Origin: Octopus sinensis
Lineage: Eukaryota
Length of the DNA: 64,000 nt
Reading direction: 5' to 3'
Assembly: GCF_006345805.1 (NCBI RefSeq)
Contig: NC_042997.1
Span: forward strand, 200,198,001-200,262,000
Shown: positions 10,245-22,094 of the stretch, piece by piece
Position numbering within the stretch: position 1 is the first letter of the stretch
How the letters are laid out: the number at the start of each line of letters is the position of its first letter
Position numbers and translations under genes: made by a program
Notes under the pieces: generated by a model
Database searches by the model: none
Seen by the model: the letters and a program-made list of their open reading frames with translations, nothing else
Told to the model about the DNA's origin: nothing

Positions 10245-10478
10245 GTATATGTATGTATATATTTGCGTGTCTGTGCTTGTCCCCCCACCATCACTTGACA
10301 ACCGACGCTGGTATGTTTACGTCCCCGTAACTTAGCGGTTTGGCAAAAGAGACCGATAGAATAATTACTAGGCTTACAAAGAATAAGTCCTGGGGGAAAT
10401 TTGCTCAACTAAAAGCAGTGCTCCAGCATGGCTGCAGTCAAATGACTGAAACAAGTAAAAGAGTAAAAGAATAAAAGA
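9972..10478 (+). mobile_element. SINE family 1, full length
   Basis: Same head, core, TA tract and tail as 107-515. Confidence 0.9.
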
Positions 10479-10480
10479 GA

Positions 10481-10727
10481 GTCTCTTTTGTCAAACTGCA
10501 AAGTTGTGGGGATGTAAACACACCAACACTGGTTGTCAAGAAGTGGTGGTGGGACAAACACAAACATGTGCATGTGCGTACACATACACTCATATGGCTA
10601 AGCTTCTTTCAGTTTCCATCTATCAAATCTTCTCACAAGGCTTTGGTCAGCTCAAGGCTTTAATAGAAGACACTTGCCCAAGTTACCACATAGTGGGATT
10701 GAACCTGGAACTATGTGATTGGGAAAC
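10481..10727 (-). mobile_element. SINE family 1, partial degenerate copy
   Basis: Reverse-complement match to the core and central region. Confidence 0.8.
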
Positions 10728-10892
10728 ATAAATATAAAATATAAAAATAGGAGTGGCCTTGATTAACTCATCCCCCATAATGTTCTACGATGGAATACAG
10801 TGAAAGATGTTGATAAATATTTACTCAACCCTCAAGGATAAAATCTTATGAACACCACATAGACTGAAAATATAGCTGAGAACATAATATGG

Positions 10893-11438
10893 CCGTTCTA
10901 TATTTAAGAGATGAGGAATTATGTACATTATTTACGATTGACGGATATTTGTCCTCATCTTTTTTGTTGTTAACTCAATGTTTTGGCTGATATACCCTCC
11001 AGTCTTCATCAGGTGTCTTGGGGAAATTTCAAACCTGGGTTCTCATTCCTAAAGTATTTTTCAATGTTATTATTATTATTATTTTTATTATTATTTGGGT
11101 CACTGCCTGGAATTGAACTCAGAATCTTGGGGTTAGTAGCTCACGCTCTTAACCACTATGCTATATGCCCGTGGGAAATTATGGCATGGTGGTTAAGAGC
11201 TTGGGCTACTAACCCCAAGATTCTGAGTTCGATTCCAGGCAGTGACCTGAATAATAATAATAATAACAATAATAAAAATAACATCAAAAAATTCCCTAAG
11301 AATGAGAACCCAGGTTCGAAATTTCCCCAAGACACCTAAAGAAGTCTGAGGGTATATCAGCCAAAACGTTGTGTTAACAACAAACAAGATGAGGACAAAT
11401 ATCCATCAAATGTAAATAATATAAATAATGTAAATAAT
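10893..11438. mobile_element. Palindromic composite retroposon: head-to-head tRNA-headed units with hammerhead-like tails, 13-bp TSD
   Basis: Arms about 10924-11170 and 11173-11422. TSD GAACATAATATGG at 10880-10892 and 11439-11451. A/B-box head in each arm, (TAAATAATR)3 tail. Confidence 0.8.
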
Positions 11439-11544
11439 GAACATAATATGGGTTTCACCAAAAACTCAGATGGTTGTTTGCTATCCTATCCATTTGAACA
11501 TCTGTACTCACTCTGTATAAAATTCTTAATTTATGTATAAAGTA

Positions 11545-12280
11545 TTAGGCATGGATATGTGGTAAGAGGCTTGCCTTGGATTCACATAATTTTGGGTTCG
11601 GTTTCCCTGTGTGCACCTTGGGCAAGTGCCCTCCACTGTAACCCCAGGTTGACCAATGCCTTGTGTGTGTATTTGGTAAGTGGAAATGGTGTGGTAGCTC
11701 ATTGTGTATAAATATAAATATACAAGTGGCTGGCGTTTGGAAGGGCATCTAGCTGTAAAAATCATGCCAAAACTGACCTCACCTGTGCTGATTCCATGTA
11801 AAAAGCACTCAGTCCACTTTGTGGAGTGGTTGGCATTAGGAAAGGCATCCAGCCATAAAAATTTGCCAAAACATACACAGTAGCCTAGGGTAGTCTTCTA
11901 CCTGGCTGGCTCCTATTAACCATCCTACCCATGCAAGCATGGAAGATGGATGTTAAATGATGATGCATGTATGTATGTATGTATGTATGTATGTATGTAT
12001 GTATGTATGTATGTATGTATGTATGTATGTATGTATGTATGTATGTATGCATGTATATATATCTGTGGGCGTTTCTTTGTGTCAGTGTTTGGTATTCCCA
12101 CCCTTTTGACAACCAGTGTTGGTTTGTTTACACCCCATAGCATCAGCAATTAAGAATGTTAGAATAAGTACCAGAATTTTTTAAAAAATAGTTAATCTGG
12201 TCCGTTTTTTTTTAAATATAACCCCCCAAAGTGATTCCCGGCATGGCTGTTGTCCAATGACTGAAACAAGTGAAAGATAA
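11545..12280 (+). mobile_element. SINE family 1 split at its central microsatellite by an RTE tail (about 11725-11965) and (TATG)n
   Basis: 5' half 11545-11720, RTE-type tail ending GATGATG, (TATG)n 11967-12050, 3' half 12060-12280. Confidence 0.7.
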
Positions 12281-12959
12281 GGTAAAATGGTTGATTAAAT
12301 CAACCTGATAAGTTTTTCTCAGTATGTACATATTTTATTGATTCTATGAATCAATGAAAGTGAACAATCAAATTTTTTTTTTAAAAGGTCTTGAATCTTT
12401 AATTTAATTAAAATACACCACAGACATTGAAATGGTAAAGTACAAAATGAAATCTCAACATACCAAGAATACATTGAATCCAATTCATTTACATTGTTGT
12501 TTTATTAATTTTGTAGACTGTTATCCTTCCTTCATCCATTAACACTATGCTCTCCACCCACACTTTACATTGATCACACTCTCCTCACTGAGACACCAAA
12601 TTATCTCTCCTGCCCCCACCATATGTCTCACCCTACCCATACATTGTGCCTGCCTCTCTTTGCCATCCTCTCCAGCAAACCCCCAGCAACATGTCATCCC
12701 TCTTTCTCCCTTCTCCTGTTTACTGTATCATCATTTTTATTCTCCTGTGCCACACAATCAGACATCCCCTACTCCCCACCACACCCAGCCCCTCTTTCTC
12801 ACTCATTCCAACTCCTCTTGTACCTCGACTGTCCATTTTGTCCCCTCATTACCACTATTTTTTTAATCATTTTCCAGTTCTACCCCTCCTCACCCTCTCC
12901 TTTAAAATGTGAGTAGCCATGTAGCTCCTCTACGGCAAGAAACCTGTTCTGCTCCTGCC

Positions 12960-13200
12960 CTTTTCTTATTTCTTTACTTCCCACAAGGAGCTACTCACAG
13001 AGGGGACAAACAAAGACAGAAAAATGGATTAAGTCGATTATATCAACCCAAGTGCATAACTAGTACTTATTCAATCGACCCCGAAAGGATGAAAGTCAAA
13101 GTCGACCTTTGCAGAATTTGAACTCAGAACGTAAAGACAGATGAAATACCATTAAGCATTTTGCTCGGCATGCTAACGTTTCTGCCAGCTCCTGCCCTTT
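12960..13200 (-). mobile_element. SINE family 2
   Basis: Match to 8915-9145. Confidence 0.85.
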
Positions 13201-13299
13201 TCTTTCATGTCTTACCCCTCTTTGTTCCTTATTCTTCTAGTATAAATTTTCCCCCTACTTGTTCAGAGTTTGTATTCTTGCCAGCTACATGGCATCCTC

Positions 13300-13490
13300 A
13301 TTTGTGCTGGTGGCATGACAAATGCACCCATTACACTTTGTAAAGTGGTTGGCACTAGGGAGGGCATCAAGCAGTAGGAACCATACCAAAGCAGATACTG
13401 GAGCACAATGTAGTCTTTGGACTCACTGGATCCTTCCAAACTATCCAGCTCATTCTAGCATGGATCATGGACATTAAATGATGATGATGG
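13300..13490 (+). mobile_element. RTE 3' tail fragment
   Basis: GTGCTGGTGGCATG...GAGGGCATC...GGACATTAAATGATGATGATG. Confidence 0.75.
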
Positions 13491-13528
13491 TTGCCAAAAC
13501 TAAGGAAATCTGTGCAATCTTAGTTTAA

Positions 13529-13749
13529 CCTTTTAGCATTTAAACCAGCCATATCTGGCCAAAAGTATTCTGCCTGTTTTATATTCAAACTGGCTAGATC
13601 TGGTCTCTTACACCAACCCTACAATATCGTTTTAAAAATTAACAGCTACCTCATCAAAATCTCATAGCTACAAGATAATGCATGATTAGATCAAAACAAT
13701 GTGGATGAAAAAGCATTAATTTTGGCAGAATAATGCGAACACTAAAGGG
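13529..13749. mobile_element. piggyBac-type MITE (degenerate)
   Basis: TTAA|CCTTTTAGC at the left end and CACTAAAGGG|CTAA at the right end: short TIRs and a degenerate TTAA target. Confidence 0.6.
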
Positions 13750-15543
13750 CTAAAACTAAAATCTCAAAACACCTAGCACTATTCAAACTAAAAACATTTT
13801 CTTAGCAATAAATTCTAAACCTGAAGCCCATATGCAATGATGGATTATATCTTCTTTACATATATGAATGTAAAAAGAGACTTATATGGCAAGATGAAAA
13901 AAAAAATCACAAGAAATATTGAATACCCTTGTCCTACGTTTGAAGTCTATACATTACTCTGTGAATATCATCAAATTTCTTATTAGAAATTTCATCTATT
14001 GAGATGTCCGTATGAAATCATGTAACATTTACTCTGGAGATATCACAATGACAGAGGTATTAAATTAATATTCTATGAAGTCGTGTCTTTCACTGTTTCG
14101 TTTGACTAATCCAAACTTTAAATGTAAATTGGAATACAATAAAGAAATTCAAGCAATTTAAATATCATATTGCACCTTCCGTTAGAAAGTGCTGAAGTTA
14201 ATATCTATGCTGAAATGTAATTTTGCAATGAGAAGTATCCGTGTGTTCATAAGAGAGGAGATGAGATAAATAATAAAAAAAAAAAATAGGTATGATATTT
14301 ATCAGCATGTTGTTTAATTCAAGTTTCTCTTAGGGAGGGAGAAAGTCTAGAATTATATAATTTCAGTGATGTAGCAAGTCAAAGTCACATGTGAATAAGT
14401 TTTATAGAATCAGTCGTAAAATAAAATTGCAAACTACTTACTGAGAAAGGAGAAAGCTCCAGCTGGCTGCCAAAGCAGAAGAGTTTGTGTTCAGTTTAAT
14501 AAATATTCAATAGTTCATATCCTGTTACAAATATTATAGAGTGATCCTGTCAAAGAGACTTAATTCTCAATAACGACATCGCCACCTTCATACCTCCACC
14601 AGCTGCAAATTGATATCATATGGAAGTGCATAGCGCTGTAAGAAATTGGGACACTTTATGATTGATGGTTATTGGTATATTTGTTGTGCTCTGCTCAAAT
14701 CCTTCCATGATCCAGAAGGCATTGAGATGCCATTCTAATGTAGTATCTTTTGAATTATTACATGAAGAGAAGATTGCTTAATGGGTAATCGGACATAACT
14801 TCAATTCTTTTTGGCACTGTTGCCGAACATAAGTATGCTGTTGACAGGTACAATAATAGCGATGGCAATGGTAATCTATAGAATGATAGTGGCAATGTTC
14901 TCTAGGTGCTAAACAAATTAAATTAACGGCTGGTTTACTGTGAATTCGCATAGAAGAAGAATATAATTGAGATATAATATTAATTCATAGAAAACGGTTG
15001 GTGATGAATTGGGAAGATCTTTGAAATAGGTTCAATACTATATTCGGTTGTCCCATATATTTGTTCGTTTTCCTTTTTGCTTGGCACTCCAACATAATAC
15101 GTCTGAAAAATATTTAAGATTTAACCAAATTTCAAAAACAATAAACATAAATAGTAGAAGAAGCTACAAAACCATAAAATGCCATGATAAAAATTCTTTT
15201 GATGTTGATTTGAATTAAATGGAGAAGGATTAAAATAATTTTGAAAAAGACAGACGAAATACCACTAAGCATTTCGCTCGGCGTGCTAACGTTTCTGCCA
15301 GCTCCTGACCTTTTCTTTCATGCCTTACCTCTCTCTGTTCCTTATTCTCCTAGTATAAATTTTCCCCCTACCTGTTCAGCGCTTGTATTCTTGCCAGCCT
15401 CATGGCATCCTCACTTGTGCTGGTGGCATGATTCTGTTGCATGGTACCTTGGGCAAATGTCTTCTACAATAGCTATGGGCTGACCAAATCCTTGTGAGTG
15501 GATTTGAAAGACAGAAACTGAGAGAAGCCCATTGCATATATAT

Positions 15544-15945
15544 AGGCGCAGGAGTGGCTGTGTGGTAAGTAGCTTGCATACCAGCCACATAGTTCCGGGT
15601 TCAGTCCCACTGCATGGCACCTTGGGCAAGTGTCTTCAGGCCGACCAAAGCCTTGTGAGTGGATTTGGTAGACGGAAACTGAAAGAAGCCCATTGTATAT
15701 ATGTATGTATATATATATATGCGTGTGTATGTTTGTGTGTCTGTGTTTGTCCCACTAGCATTGCTTGACAACCGATGCTGGTGTGTTTACATTTCCGTTA
15801 CCTAGCGGTTCGGCAAAAGAGACCTATAGAATAAGTACTGGGCTTACAAAGAATAAGTCCAGGGGTCGAGTTGCTTGACTAAAGGCGGTGCTCCAGCATG
15901 GCCGCAGTCAAATGACTGAAACAAGTAAAAGAGAAAAAGAGATAA
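15544..15945 (+). mobile_element. SINE family 1, full length
   Basis: Near-consensus copy. An extra 5' fragment lies at about 15435-15540 and an extra 3' half at about 15960-16200. Confidence 0.88.
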
Positions 15946-16794
15946 AGATATATATTATGTGTGTGTGTGTGTGCCTGTGTCTGTCTTTTTATTTGTGTTT
16001 GTTGCCCGACATGACTTGACAGTTGGTGTTGGTGTGTTTACATCCATGTAACTTGGTAGTTCAGCAAAAATGACCAATAAAATAAGCACGAAGCTTAAAA
16101 AATAAAAGTGCCAGGCTCAATTCATTCGACTACAATTCTTCAAGGGTTGCCCCAGCATGGCCGCAGTTTGATGACTGAATCAAGGAAAAGATAAAAGATA
16201 AAATAGATAAAGGATTATCTGATAATCCAGGATAACAACAGAACGATCCATCCAGAAATCTGTTTGGGGAAAGTCAATTTGCTGATAATAGCAGCCAAAC
16301 CCACGTCACATCATACTTCACCATCTTAAAAATGTAAAGGACACTGTATCTCCCTTTCTCTTTTTGTAATGTAAAGCATGACTAGAGAATTCAGTCAACC
16401 AATCAAGCAATGTTTATATTGATTCTCATTAGAGAGAAATTAAAGGTCATCAGTAGTTTAGTTTGCATCCTTTCAAAGCCAATAAAATAAGTACCAGCTG
16501 GGGTTGATGTAATCGACTAGCTCCCTTCTCACTAAACTTCAGGCCATTGTGCTTGTAGTAGAAAGGATTGTTATATAGAGATTAAAACTAAGGAAATTGG
16601 CACAAAAAGAAACAAAACTTTTAAAGTAAATTGTATACTTGTATGATAAGAAACTTACTTCCCAACCACATGGTTCCAGGTTCAGTTCCACTGCATTGTA
16701 CCTTGGGCAAATGACTTCTATTATAGCCTTGGGTCGAGTATTATTGAGCCTAAGTCTATATTGAAAAAGCAAATATAAAAATGCGAATGATTAT

Positions 16795-17430
16795 ATCATC
16801 ATCATCATCATCGTTTAATGTCCGCTTTTTCCATGTTGGCATGGGTTGGATGGTTTGACTGAGGACAGGCGAGCGAGGTGGCTGCACCCAGCTCCAATCT
16901 GATCTGGCAGAGTTTCTACAGCTGGATTCCCTTCCTAACGCCAACCACTCCAAGAGTGTAGTGAGTGCTTTTACATGCCACTGGCATGAGGACCAGTCAG
17001 GCAGTACTGGCAATGGCCACTCTCAAATGGTGTTTCTTATGTGCCATCTGCATAGGAGCCAGTCCAGAGGCACTGGCAACAACCTTGCTTGAATGTTGTT
17101 TTTCACATGCCACCGGCACAAGTGTCAGTAAAGCAACGCTGGTATGTAAGGTGCCAGTAAAGCGATGCTTGAATGGTGCTTTTTATGTGCCACCAGCACA
17201 GGAGCCAGTCAGTGGCCCTGGTAATGATCACGCTTGGATGGTGCTTTTAATGTTCCACTGGCGCAGGTGCCAGTCAGGTGTTGCTGTCATTGGCCACATA
17301 AGCGAATTTGATTGTGATTTCACTTGCCTCAACAGGTCTTTGCAAGCAACACGTAAGTAGGCTGGTTACACCACTGTCATAGGCCATAAGTTACGGTCTC
17401 ACTTGGCTTGCTGGGTCTTCTCAAGCACAG
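16795..17430 (-). mobile_element. RTE 3' UTR/tail with about 5 diverged ~60-bp units
   Basis: (CAT)n tail at 16795-16812. Co-linear with 51825-52500, including GGGTCTTCTCAAGCACAGCA near the ORF end. Confidence 0.85.
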
Positions 17431-17433
17431 CAC

Positions 17434-17497
<64 letters not shown>

Positions 17498-18134
17498 AAC
17501 TTGTAAACAAGGGCAAAAGAAAATTATGCCAATATGCTGATAACAGACTTTTAAATTGTCAATTTCCACATATTATATACCCACTACAGAAATACGTTTT
17601 ACTGAAATCAGGAAGCTATTCAACAGAATTTTTAAAAAAACAGTTCGTTATTTCTATATTGAATCAATTTCGGAATTAATCTCATAGATTTTTTCCTCTT
17701 CAGTAGAAAATACGATAAGAAATAAATGAAATACTTACATGTGCTCATGGAAAAAAGCCGAAGCAAAAGTCATGAGTACATATAAGTCCCCCAGTTATAT
17801 CTAAATATAAAATCCTTTGGCTAGCCTCAGTATACGTGTGAGCTGTTCATCCTATATTAGTCGTATATATATATATATATGTACATATATATAGTTAATA
17901 AAAACATATCAGAAAGAAGCATACTTTAACAAATAGAGCAGTAATTATTACGACAAAATTTTATATAGATGTACCCAAGGTTTTGTGCCCACAAAGCTTT
18001 GCTTTGTGGACAGCTTGTCAGACTCTATATGAATACAGGATATTAAAATGACTATGCCACAAACGGGAGGAAACAATCAGAACTTGAGGAATATGAAAAA
18101 CGTTAATGAGTATGGGTTATTTCCCCTTAATCAG

Positions 18135-18197
18135 AGAAGAAAAACCCTTATATAATCGGAGAGACCTAATGAGCAAACAAGGAGATCCAATTTTCTA
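18135..18197 (+). other. Candidate 63-nt symmetric exon
   Basis: TTCCCCTTAATCAG| acceptor, open frame EEKPLYNRRDLMSKQGDPIF, |GTAAGT donor. No recognisable homology. Confidence 0.15.
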
Positions 18198-18434
18198 GTA
18201 AGTAATGCTTGGGTAACTCTATATAAAGTTTTGTTGTAATATGTATGTAGTGTTTTACTCTTTATCTTTTATTAAACTTTTGATATATATTTAAAATAAT
18301 ATAAATTAAATTAATTTTATGTATTGGCTTATGTTTTTCATTGTTTGATTTGCCTAATAGTGGTTTTATCTCTAATTTATTATAATATATATATAGTAGT
18401 ACTCATAAAAAAAAGCTCCTTAATATATGTAATT

Positions 18435-18690
18435 CTTTATTGCCCACAAGGGGCTAAACATAGAGGGGACAAACAAGGCCAGACAAAGGGACTAAGTTGA
18501 TTACATCGACCCCAGTGCGTAACTGGTATTTAATTTATCGACCCTGAAAGGATGAAAGGCAAAGTTGACCTCGGCGGAATTTGAACTCGGCAAAGTTGAC
18601 CTCGGCGGAATTTGAACTGAGAACCTAGCAGCAGACGAAATACCGCTAAGCACTTCGCTCAGCATGCTAACAATTCTACCAGTTCGCCAC
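18435..18690 (-). mobile_element. SINE family 2 with internal 31-bp tandem duplication
   Basis: GGCAAAGTTGACCTCGGCGGAATTTGAACT occurs twice, at 18558-18619. Confidence 0.85.
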
Positions 18691-19149
18691 CTTCATATAT
18701 TATTCTACTAAACATATAAAATATATAGTATACAAAAGAAAACAATTTTTTGAATTTTACATTAATATAGACAAGTAATTTATTTATTATTAAATATAAT
18801 ATTATAAATTATTTACATGTTTTTAAGTTATGAAACAATTTGTCATGTTATTAGAATTTTCTTATCTAATATATATTTGTGAAAAGGGCAGATGTTGTCT
18901 CACAAGCAGTTGTGTAGGCAAAAGTGTTAGTAAATGTGGTCGGATTAAGATGAAAATGTGCACACCTATGTTAAAAGTGCTGGGGATTTGCATGGCAACT
19001 TTGAGCTTGCTCAAGTGAAAGGTGTGGCCTCTAGGGCAAAATTCCTCATCTTTAAAATGTGGCCTGAGTAGACCCAAATGAAATCAGGTTATAATACTAG
19101 TTAAATAAAATTTCATGAAACTATTTCTCTGTAATATATATATATATCA

Positions 19150-19460
19150 TATCGTTCAACGTTTACATCCTTGATGTGTTAGATGGAGTTTGTTGAGATC
19201 CCCTTTCTGTTCCTAATCCTCACCTGCTTCCAAGTCATATTTCCCCTTGGCCAGATGGTGGTCCTTTGTCATCTCAGCATCCAATGGTCATTCTTCACTA
19301 CTTTGTCCCATATTTTCCTGATCCTCCCACTTCTGCAGGTTCTTTCCACTCTTAGAGATTGACATTTTTTTTGTGCAGTTTTCATCATCCATGCACATCA
19401 CATGATCAAACCAGCACAGGCTTCGCTGCTCTGGCAAACTATATCTAATGTCTCTCATGC
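19150..19460 (-). pseudogene. Degenerate RTE ORF2 C-terminal fragment
   Basis: Minus-strand translation KCQSLRVERTCRSGRIRKIWDKVVK resembles KCQSLAVEGTRGRGRPRKTWDEVVK of the 52-55 kb RTE. Confidence 0.7.
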
Positions 19461-19520
19461 CCCAGAATGGTCGCAGTCCACTGACTGAAATAAGTAAAAA
19501 ATTAAAAGATTATTTAATTA

Positions 19521-19925
19521 CTCTTTTATTCTTTTATTCTTTTACTTGTTTCAATCATTTGACTGTGGCCATGCTGGAGCACTGCCTTTAGTCGAGCAAA
19601 TCAACCCCAGGACTTATTCTTTGTAAGCCTAGTACTTATTCTATCAGTCTCTTTTGCCGAACTGCTAAGTTACGGGGACGTAAACACACCAGCATCGGTT
19701 ATCAAGTGATGGTGGGAGCACAAACACAGACACACAAACATACACACACACACACACACACCACAGGCTTCTTTCAGTTTCCGTCTACCAAATCCACTTA
19801 CAAGGCTTTGGTCAGCCTGAGGCTATAGTAGAAGGTACTTGACCAAGGTGCCATGCAATGGGACTGAACCCGGAACAATGTGGTTGGTAAGCAAGCTACT
19901 TACCACACAGCCACTCCTACGCCTA
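19521..19925 (-). mobile_element. SINE family 1, full length
   Basis: Reverse-complement near-consensus copy. Confidence 0.9.
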
Positions 19926-20389
19926 TGATTACTGAAATGTTTTCATAATTACCCTGTATATTGATATGGCTTGACTTTCTTTCTCCCTTTTTTGTATTTA
20001 TATTAGAACGATACATGAATATGTGTACACACATATTAACAAATTTGTGCACAAGAATATCATATACTTATTTTATGAATCAAAGAGAAAACTGCCATAT
20101 GGTAATTCAACCTGCTAAAAGCAGAAACCGAATTTCTCTTAAATCACACTCTATTGCTTGAAAAAAAGAATAAAAGGACAAAATGAAAGAAAAGACACAT
20201 TTTAGGATATAGTTTCAGACACTTTATACATGAAAAGAAATACAAAAGGGAAGAGAAAGAAAGGGGAAAAAAAGGATTGTCATCGAATGTTTGATCATGG
20301 CTTGATAAGACATAAATTTATTGGACAACAACAAATACTTTTATACAAACATATGCTAATAAATAGTGTACATTAGATACATATTAGAT

Positions 20390-20918
20390 AGGTGTAGGAG
20401 TGGCTGTGTGGTAAGTGGCTTGCTTACCAGCCACATGGTACTGGGTTCAGTCCCACTGCATGGCACCTTGGGCAAGTGTCTTCTACTATAGCCTCAGGAC
20501 GACCAAAGCCTTGTGAGTGGATTTGGTAGATGGAAACTGGAAGAAGCCCACCATATATATATATGTGTGTGTGTGTGTGTGTAAATCGAACGCTGACGAG
20601 TTGGCAGATGATCACCCGTGAAACGAGCAGCCGCCACCGGCACGTTTGTTGGCAATTGCAGCACCTTGGTGGGAAGCAGCAGACTGAGTCCCCTCGCAAT
20701 TGTGGTGAGTGGTCCTACCCGTTTACCCCTGGACAGTTTCATGGTCTCTTGTCTGTGTTTGTCCCCCCAACATTGCTTGACAACTGATGGTGTGTTTACG
20801 TCCCCGATAGAATAAGTACTAGGCTTACACAGAATAGGCTCTGGGGTTGATTTGCTCAACTAAAGGCGGTGCTCCAGCATGGCCGCAGTCAAGTGACTGA
20901 AACAAATAAAAAGATAAA
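20390..20918 (+). mobile_element. SINE family 1 carrying a 167-bp foreign insert at its central microsatellite
   Basis: Normal 5' and 3' halves; unrelated GC-rich sequence at 20583-20749. Confidence 0.85.
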
Positions 20919-21696
20919 AAAATAAATATATACATATTTTCAATTATTGCGTATGCTACTTAGGAAATGTAAGATGAGCAAAAGGGTCAATAACTGTTTA
21001 GAAAAGTGGCTTATCAGAAAAAAGAATGGAAATAATGCTTCTTCCTTGCTACATAATTATTTCCACTTAGCTTTGTATTAGTCTCTGTATTAAATATATT
21101 GTGTTTCATGCTGATGTCATCTCTGAGATATTTATTCTCAAAGCAATTTTATGTTTCTTCACCAACCAGTGAACATTTTTTTTTACTTAGCACACTCCCT
21201 TTACTGCTTTAGTAAGTACAGTGAAGATTATCTTTAGCCGAGGAGGCCGTAATAAGACTGAAATTTGTTTAAAGTTGTCTCCCATAATTACTGAAAGACA
21301 CCAAAAGGTTTTAATTATTGAGTAATAACACATTTTTCTCAGTCCATAATTATTTTTCACTGAGTTTATGATGTTGTTTTCCCATGCCTGTATGGGTTTG
21401 ATGACTATATAACTGACACTAACTTAATTAATGAAAGTATTCTAATTTAGATTTAAAACAATTTCTGCAAAAAATTTTGTTGCTATTGCAGTTGTTGTTT
21501 GGCTCCAAGTCAGCCACAGTACAGCTGGCCTGCCATGAAAATCCTTCTAGTTGTGACCACCACATTTTGATTTCAAGAATATTGTATCTATGGCTGCTGT
21601 TTTCACTCATATGCACAGCTGTAGCTAAGCTGCATTCTTTATATATATATCTATATATATATCTATAATATTTAGGCCTCAGCCTTTGACACGTAC

Positions 21697-21849
21697 ATAT
21701 GTCATATGTTGTTTTTCTTGAATGCTGTTTGCAGCTTTGCTTGTGGTTGCATTTGAATAATAAACACATTTAGCTGAAATAATCCCAATTATTGCCAACA
21801 CAGTCCTGGAACCATGAATATCATAGCAATATGTTTCTATGATCTGTGC
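21697..21849 (-). other. Candidate 153-nt phase 0/0 exon of an unidentified host gene
   Basis: TCTGTTTGTTCCAG| acceptor, 51 open codons (AQIIETYCYDIHGSRTV...QHMTY), |GTACGT donor, in non-repetitive DNA. No recognisable homology. Confidence 0.2.
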
Positions 21850-22052
21850 CTGGAACAAACAGACCAACCGTTGCTTTTAAATCGCCATTCCTGATTGACT
21901 GACAATATATGCAGTATCTAACGGTTATTAAGCTTAAAGTCGGCCATATTTGTTTCATATTTGTTTCACAGAAGTGGAAAGAATTTATATATATATATAT
22001 ATATATATATAAATTCTTTGTCATATATATATATATATATATAAATTCTTTG

Positions 22053-22094
<42 letters not shown>

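Noticed and set aside
11173-11250. tRNA gene
   Set aside because: A and B boxes are present, but there is no acceptor-stem closure. It is the head of a repeat, as are all other tRNA-like segments in the window.
15040-15240. mariner-like terminal repeat (TATTCGGTTGTCCCATA)
   Set aside because: I could not find a partner end or any transposase remnant.
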